The notes beneath the pieces are model-generated. The model saw only the letters and a list, made by a program, of their open reading frames with translations. It was not told the DNA's origin and ran no database searches. Of a stretch of 64,000 nucleotides of DNA, positions 59,901 through 64,000 are shown in pieces. Position 1 is the first letter of the stretch, and every line of letters starts with the position of its first letter. Where the stretch lies: NCBI GenBank assembly GCA_030141605.1, contig JAQGDQ010000003.1, positions 1,240,001-1,304,000 of the forward strand, written 5' to 3'. Position numbers and translations under genes: made by a program. The DNA is from Tubiluchus corallicola. Its lineage: Eukaryota; Animalia; Priapulida.

Positions 59901-62812
59901 GAGCCTGATCAGCAAATGAATGGGTAACTGCTAGAAAAACTATTTCTGCAAAATTTCATTTGCTATAGTGCACCCAGTTATCTTATTCCATTAAGACAGG
60001 TTGTGTTCTCATATCATTCAAACATGACTGATAGGACTGGGCATCTCCGCTGGTTCAGTGTCGCATCTTAGAGGATTGTGCTTGAAAGTTAACCATCTTC
60101 CTGTCCCTGTCGCAACCATTTTCATTAAGTCGGTCCTATCACCTTGCAGAGTGACGAAATGTACTTTGTTGGGAAATTGACGTACTTCTGTGCTGCTAGG
60201 TTCAGGCTATCCTAGTCATGTTTCTCCTGGTGATTTCTCATGTGGTGTTTCAGTAAGTCTGTAGCTCTTGTTGATTACTCATATCACTTTTTTTATTTTA
60301 TACAGGGTGTCGGCAGTGACACATATATAAACACATTAATATTTGTAGCTGACAGCGACTTGTCATCTACTGAAAACGAAGGTTCTACTCAGTTTTCTAT
60401 CTCTTGCGAAGTTAAGCCTCTCTCAGTTGAATGGAGTCGACAAGTGCGGCCTGAATTAACCATGAAAATTTCCAATGGCGTAAATCCAAATGCACCACCA
60501 TCGCAACAACTGGCGGCAGGAGAAAGGGCGACTTTAGCAGTTGTACATCGAGCAACGGGTTTGAAAAATCTTGTTAAGTGAAACTAGTATCTGAACCCCA
60601 ATTAAAATTTAATATAATTGCATTAGTCTCGTTCATTCAAAGGTTAAAAATGAAGATTAACATACTTGTACAAGGTATGACCTTAAACAAAGTTTTTAGT
60701 AATTCACTTTGTGCATCGTAGAAAGAAACTGAAATAGTAACCAAGCCTCACCATATTTTCTAGCGAACTGGGAAGTTGCTGTAAGTAACTGCATTGCTCA
60801 TGACGGCCTAGGAGATAACAAAGTGCTTCTTATCGACGAACATGGCTGCTCAGCTCATAATCATGAACACGTCTCACCCATACGAGAAAGCACGACAATT
60901 AATGGTGATGTGATTCATTACACCAACTTTCAAGCCTTCAAATTCCCAAATAGAGAGAATGTTTATTTTCAGTGCACAACAGAATTGTGCAGGAATGAAT
61001 GTGCAAAGGTATTCGGTGTCAATCTTTTATGTTTAGAATAGATGCTACTTTAGCATAAAAACTCTAATTCATACTAATATGAATAATTTGTTGTTTCCAC
61101 TAGTATGCTTAGTAAAATGCATGCTAGTATACTTAGCGACAAAAAACAGAATAAGTAAATTTTGAGACTTGAATGCTTTTCAAACTCTTCGTGTACAAAG
61201 CTCAAAAAATCGTCTTCAAATTTTACGCTACGTACAATATTGTCAGCAAAGCTATAATAAAGCTTGTAAATTTAAACTCCTTGATGACCGTTACGCGCAG
61301 CCATTTTGACAGTGCCTAAAATGTGATTTAACAGTGATTGAAATCAATAATGTTTTTTTTTGGTGAACTAGTGGTGCACACTGGGATGGTGATAAAGCAC
61401 CGTTTTACCACTGGTACGAACTTTTGAAATTAAGAATTTTCTTTTCATATTAAGTCTTTTAAAAAGGTAAACGTAACTAAGTAATATAATTTAGTATAGA
61501 AAGTTTTTGGGATATACTTTAAAATCACATTTTCTTCCCCTTTAATATTGGTCCTGGGTTGTGTGGCCGAGTGGTTTAGATTTCGGACTCCAACCATGCA
61601 GTCTTGTGTTCGAGACTAACAGCTGCCAATGCCAAGCCACATCGGGAATTTAACAATAACAATCTAAAATTGCAACGTACGTGTTGTATGAATTTTCTAT
61701 TTTTGCCAAAACTGTGTTTTCCATACGAGCGACAAAACTATGTCAGTGTTGGCAAAGAAGTACACTTGCATCGCGTTGTGGCAATGACGCGCTAAAGCCT
61801 GTAGCACAGCAGACAAGTGCTGGCGTGTATCTTCAGTTTTTCTCTTTGGCTGTGGTTTAAACTGCTTGCTAAATATCCGATTATGGGTTGAATGTGAACT
61901 CTGTAGAGTTTTAAAAACTATTATGAAAACCAATTTTAAAAAACTGTGTATAAATGTGTAACTTAACTCGCAATATTAAAAAATTAAATGCTATGTATGT
62001 AACTGCTTGATGTTTCTCAGTACCTGTAAACTCAAAACCCACCACATCTTTGGGTATGCGCTCTAAAATGTGACGGCAATTTTTAAAGCTAGATATTTTT
62101 TCCTAAGTAGATAGATCTCTAATTAGACGGATTTGAGAAAATGTCAATAGTCCATTTGTTCTCTAAACATAATACACGAAGTGGGCATATATATCGAAGA
62201 AATGACATTTTTACAATTTTCATTAATGACAATAAATTAGTATCTTGAATACTCAATACTTTTCACTACTTTTATGAGTACCAAAGATCGCAATGGAATA
62301 TGTGTCACTGGAACCAATTCTAGCGGCTTGAAATCAGCGTATTTAGCTGGTGAAAGTGAAACGACAACATATGACCCACTATGATCACAGTAATAGCGGC
62401 AGGTAAAACCTTGCTAATGACTTCAACCAGGATGGTTTTAAAGGGTTGCTAGCTGAAAGGTTATTTTAATAACGCACCCATTTCTTCTCGGTGTTTATCA
62501 GGCTTCACGGGTCTTTCATTTCACCAAGCGTGCCAACTAGGATATATAAACCGTGTTAACGAATAGTTCGGTAGCATGTGTTTCACAGAAATACAAAAAC
62601 AACGAATCAATTCAAAATTATTCTGTAATAAATAGTGGACTAATGAATTGATGGTTTTTTTCACGTAACAGCCCAAGTGTGAGTCAAATCGTGAAAAACG
62701 AGAAGCAAAATCTTCTCAACGGGAAAATGCGATAAGGAAAGAGGAGGACGTCGATTTGGTTTTACTAAAAACGCAAGAAATTCTGCAGAGTCTTAAAGTG
62801 CAATTATTATAG
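56920..62812 (+). CDS. Gene 4: ZP-domain protein with duplicated N-motif and polybasic region, no TM helix found (predicted secreted), about 784 aa
   Basis: join(56920..56964,58031..59701,60306..60558,60764..61008,62672..62812). Signal peptide MLYSKCIAILQLLTYVVPFVSSA; ZP module; REKR furin site; stop TAG is the last codon of exon 5. The exon 3 donor (GTTTGA) is weak. Confidence 0.78.
58031..59701 (+). CDS. Gene 4 coding exon 2
   Basis: cacacag acceptor ends 58030; inside ORF 57983..59734; GTAAGT at 59702. Confidence 0.9.
60306..60558 (+). CDS. Gene 4 coding exon 3
   Basis: tatacag acceptor ends 60305; YINTLIFV..FSISC..ISNG; the frame-compatible phase-1 donor at the homologous position is G|GTTTGA. 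Confidence 0.75.
60764..61008 (+). CDS. Gene 4 coding exon 4 (245 bp)
   Basis: Near-identical to gene 3 exon 4; donor GTATTC at 61009. Confidence 0.88.
61557..61640 (+). mobile_element. tRNA-like SINE head
   Basis: A box TGGCCGAGTGG and B box GTTCGAGAC at tRNA-like spacing; no complete cloverleaf seen. Confidence 0.45.
62672..62812 (+). CDS. Gene 4 coding exon 5 (furin site, stop)
   Basis: Acceptor tttttcacgtaacag; PKCESNREKREAK..TQEILQSLKVQLL stop; aligns to exon 5 of the paralogs (xxCExxRxKR, [RQ]EVFRGLxIxL). Confidence 0.75.
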   Translation, partial: PKCESNREKREAKSSQRENAIRKEEDVDLVLLKTQEILQSLKVQLL

Positions 62813-63560
62813 GTAAGGTGCGTCATCGGTAAACATAGTGATTACAGAAACACTAAGATATAATAGCGGTAGTTTGGTTGCCTTCAGTTTTCTCGCTAAA
62901 ATACTCCGTGCAGTTTAAAATTTAGAATGCTGTCAGGCTAACATCAACAAATGATGTGTATACTGTGGAGGTCGTTGCATACATTTTAAAGAATCACTAT
63001 TTCATTGAATTCCATGTGTGAGACGGGTGCGAGAGCGGGGGTCGTCCAACGGAGTATCATTTATCGGGTCTACCGGGCTACTGGGTACAAAAACATTGAG
63101 TTTGGGGGACAATTTGGGTCAAAAAAATCTGTGATTGATCACTTTACAGACAATGAATGGTGGCATGTTATCTGAGGTCCTGTAAAACAAACAAAAAAGA
63201 TTCTGGACAGCATTGTTAGTAGACATCTATGTTTCTCCTTTGCAACTCATATTTCGTATAGCCCTGTTCAAATACATGTAAATTATCTCAGTCATGACCA
63301 ACATTTCTGATAGGTTGTAAATGTGGGTAACAATTTCTCTGTGTTACGTGGCGATGGGGTGCACTTTCATTTGTTCGTCATTACAAATTTTACATTGCTG
63401 GTACATATACAACTTGTGTTTGCCTGTTCGGGGATAAGTGATTCAAATAGCAGAACTGGAAAAATATTTGAACTAAATTGTTTCTCCCTATGTAGCTAAT
63501 AAGTATGGCTAAGTTTGATTGAAACTACTATTATTTAAAATAAGTTCGTTTTAATTTTAG

Positions 63561-63815
63561 CCTGACGTTGCAGGGAACGTAATGAGACGAATCTCATCCG
63601 ATCGAGTCCATGGACCCTTATGATAAGAACCGGTACAGGATATGGGGAAGCAGAGCACCCGACAGCATTAGTTACCTATCACGAAGAGACTAGAAACTCA
63701 GAACCACGAAAAATACAGAAAGTGTAGTTTATTATAGCAAATTTATTAGGTTTTGATCACGTGTTGTCATGACTGGGTCACGTTCTTGTAATAAAATGAT
63801 TAATTAATTACCATT
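63561..63815 (+). other. Possible 3' UTR exon of gene 4
   Basis: Donor GTAAGG directly follows the stop (62813); acceptor ttaattttag ends 63560; AATAAA at 63790-63795. Confidence 0.35.
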
Positions 63816-64000
63816 CAAATAATTAACGCCTATAAAAATGTCTGCCTTACAAGCACTAGAAACAATTTATTAATGCATTGTACAGCTACTTATAGCATAG
63901 GGCTAAATATAAACTCTTCACTAACACAATCTTGCGAAATTTTTCCATTGTAACGGTGGTCGTTTATACTTGACAACTATAATTGTGTAATCATATGCAA

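Noticed and set aside
60571-60580. Alternative donor GTTAAG for gene 4 exon 3
   Set aside because: Phase 0, incompatible with the phase-1 acceptor of exon 4.
61557-61640. Possible tRNA gene
   Set aside because: A and B boxes present but no acceptor stem or clean cloverleaf; treated as a SINE head.

Overview
AT-rich eukaryotic (animal, most likely arthropod; this is inference) genomic DNA with GT-AG introns, long trinucleotide microsatellites and decayed mobile elements. The dominant feature is a head-to-tail + strand array of four paralogous intron-containing genes (coding spans 15064-19359, 31715-36038, 47508-53395, 56920-62812). Each encodes a signal peptide, a 450-550 aa Gly/Tyr-rich low-complexity region with strongly conserved blocks (notably Y[VI]YF[KR]RxT[IT]PYEDLYESTxxDHY[VI]F), a C-terminal zona pellucida (ZP, cuticlin/Dusky-like) module and a furin-type RxKR site. 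Genes 1-3 end in a transmembrane helix. Gene 4 stops before it and is predicted secreted. All exon boundaries were read by hand and give open spliced frames with conserved intron phases. Also present: an apparent gene-conversion tract between genes 3 and 4, matching TATA/first-exon architecture in genes 1 and 2, an inverted repeat carrying degenerate hammerhead-ribozyme cores (Penelope-like), Helitron-like elements, Tc1/mariner- and Harbinger-type MITEs, tRNA-derived SINEs and a probable piggyBac fossil. No database searches were run.
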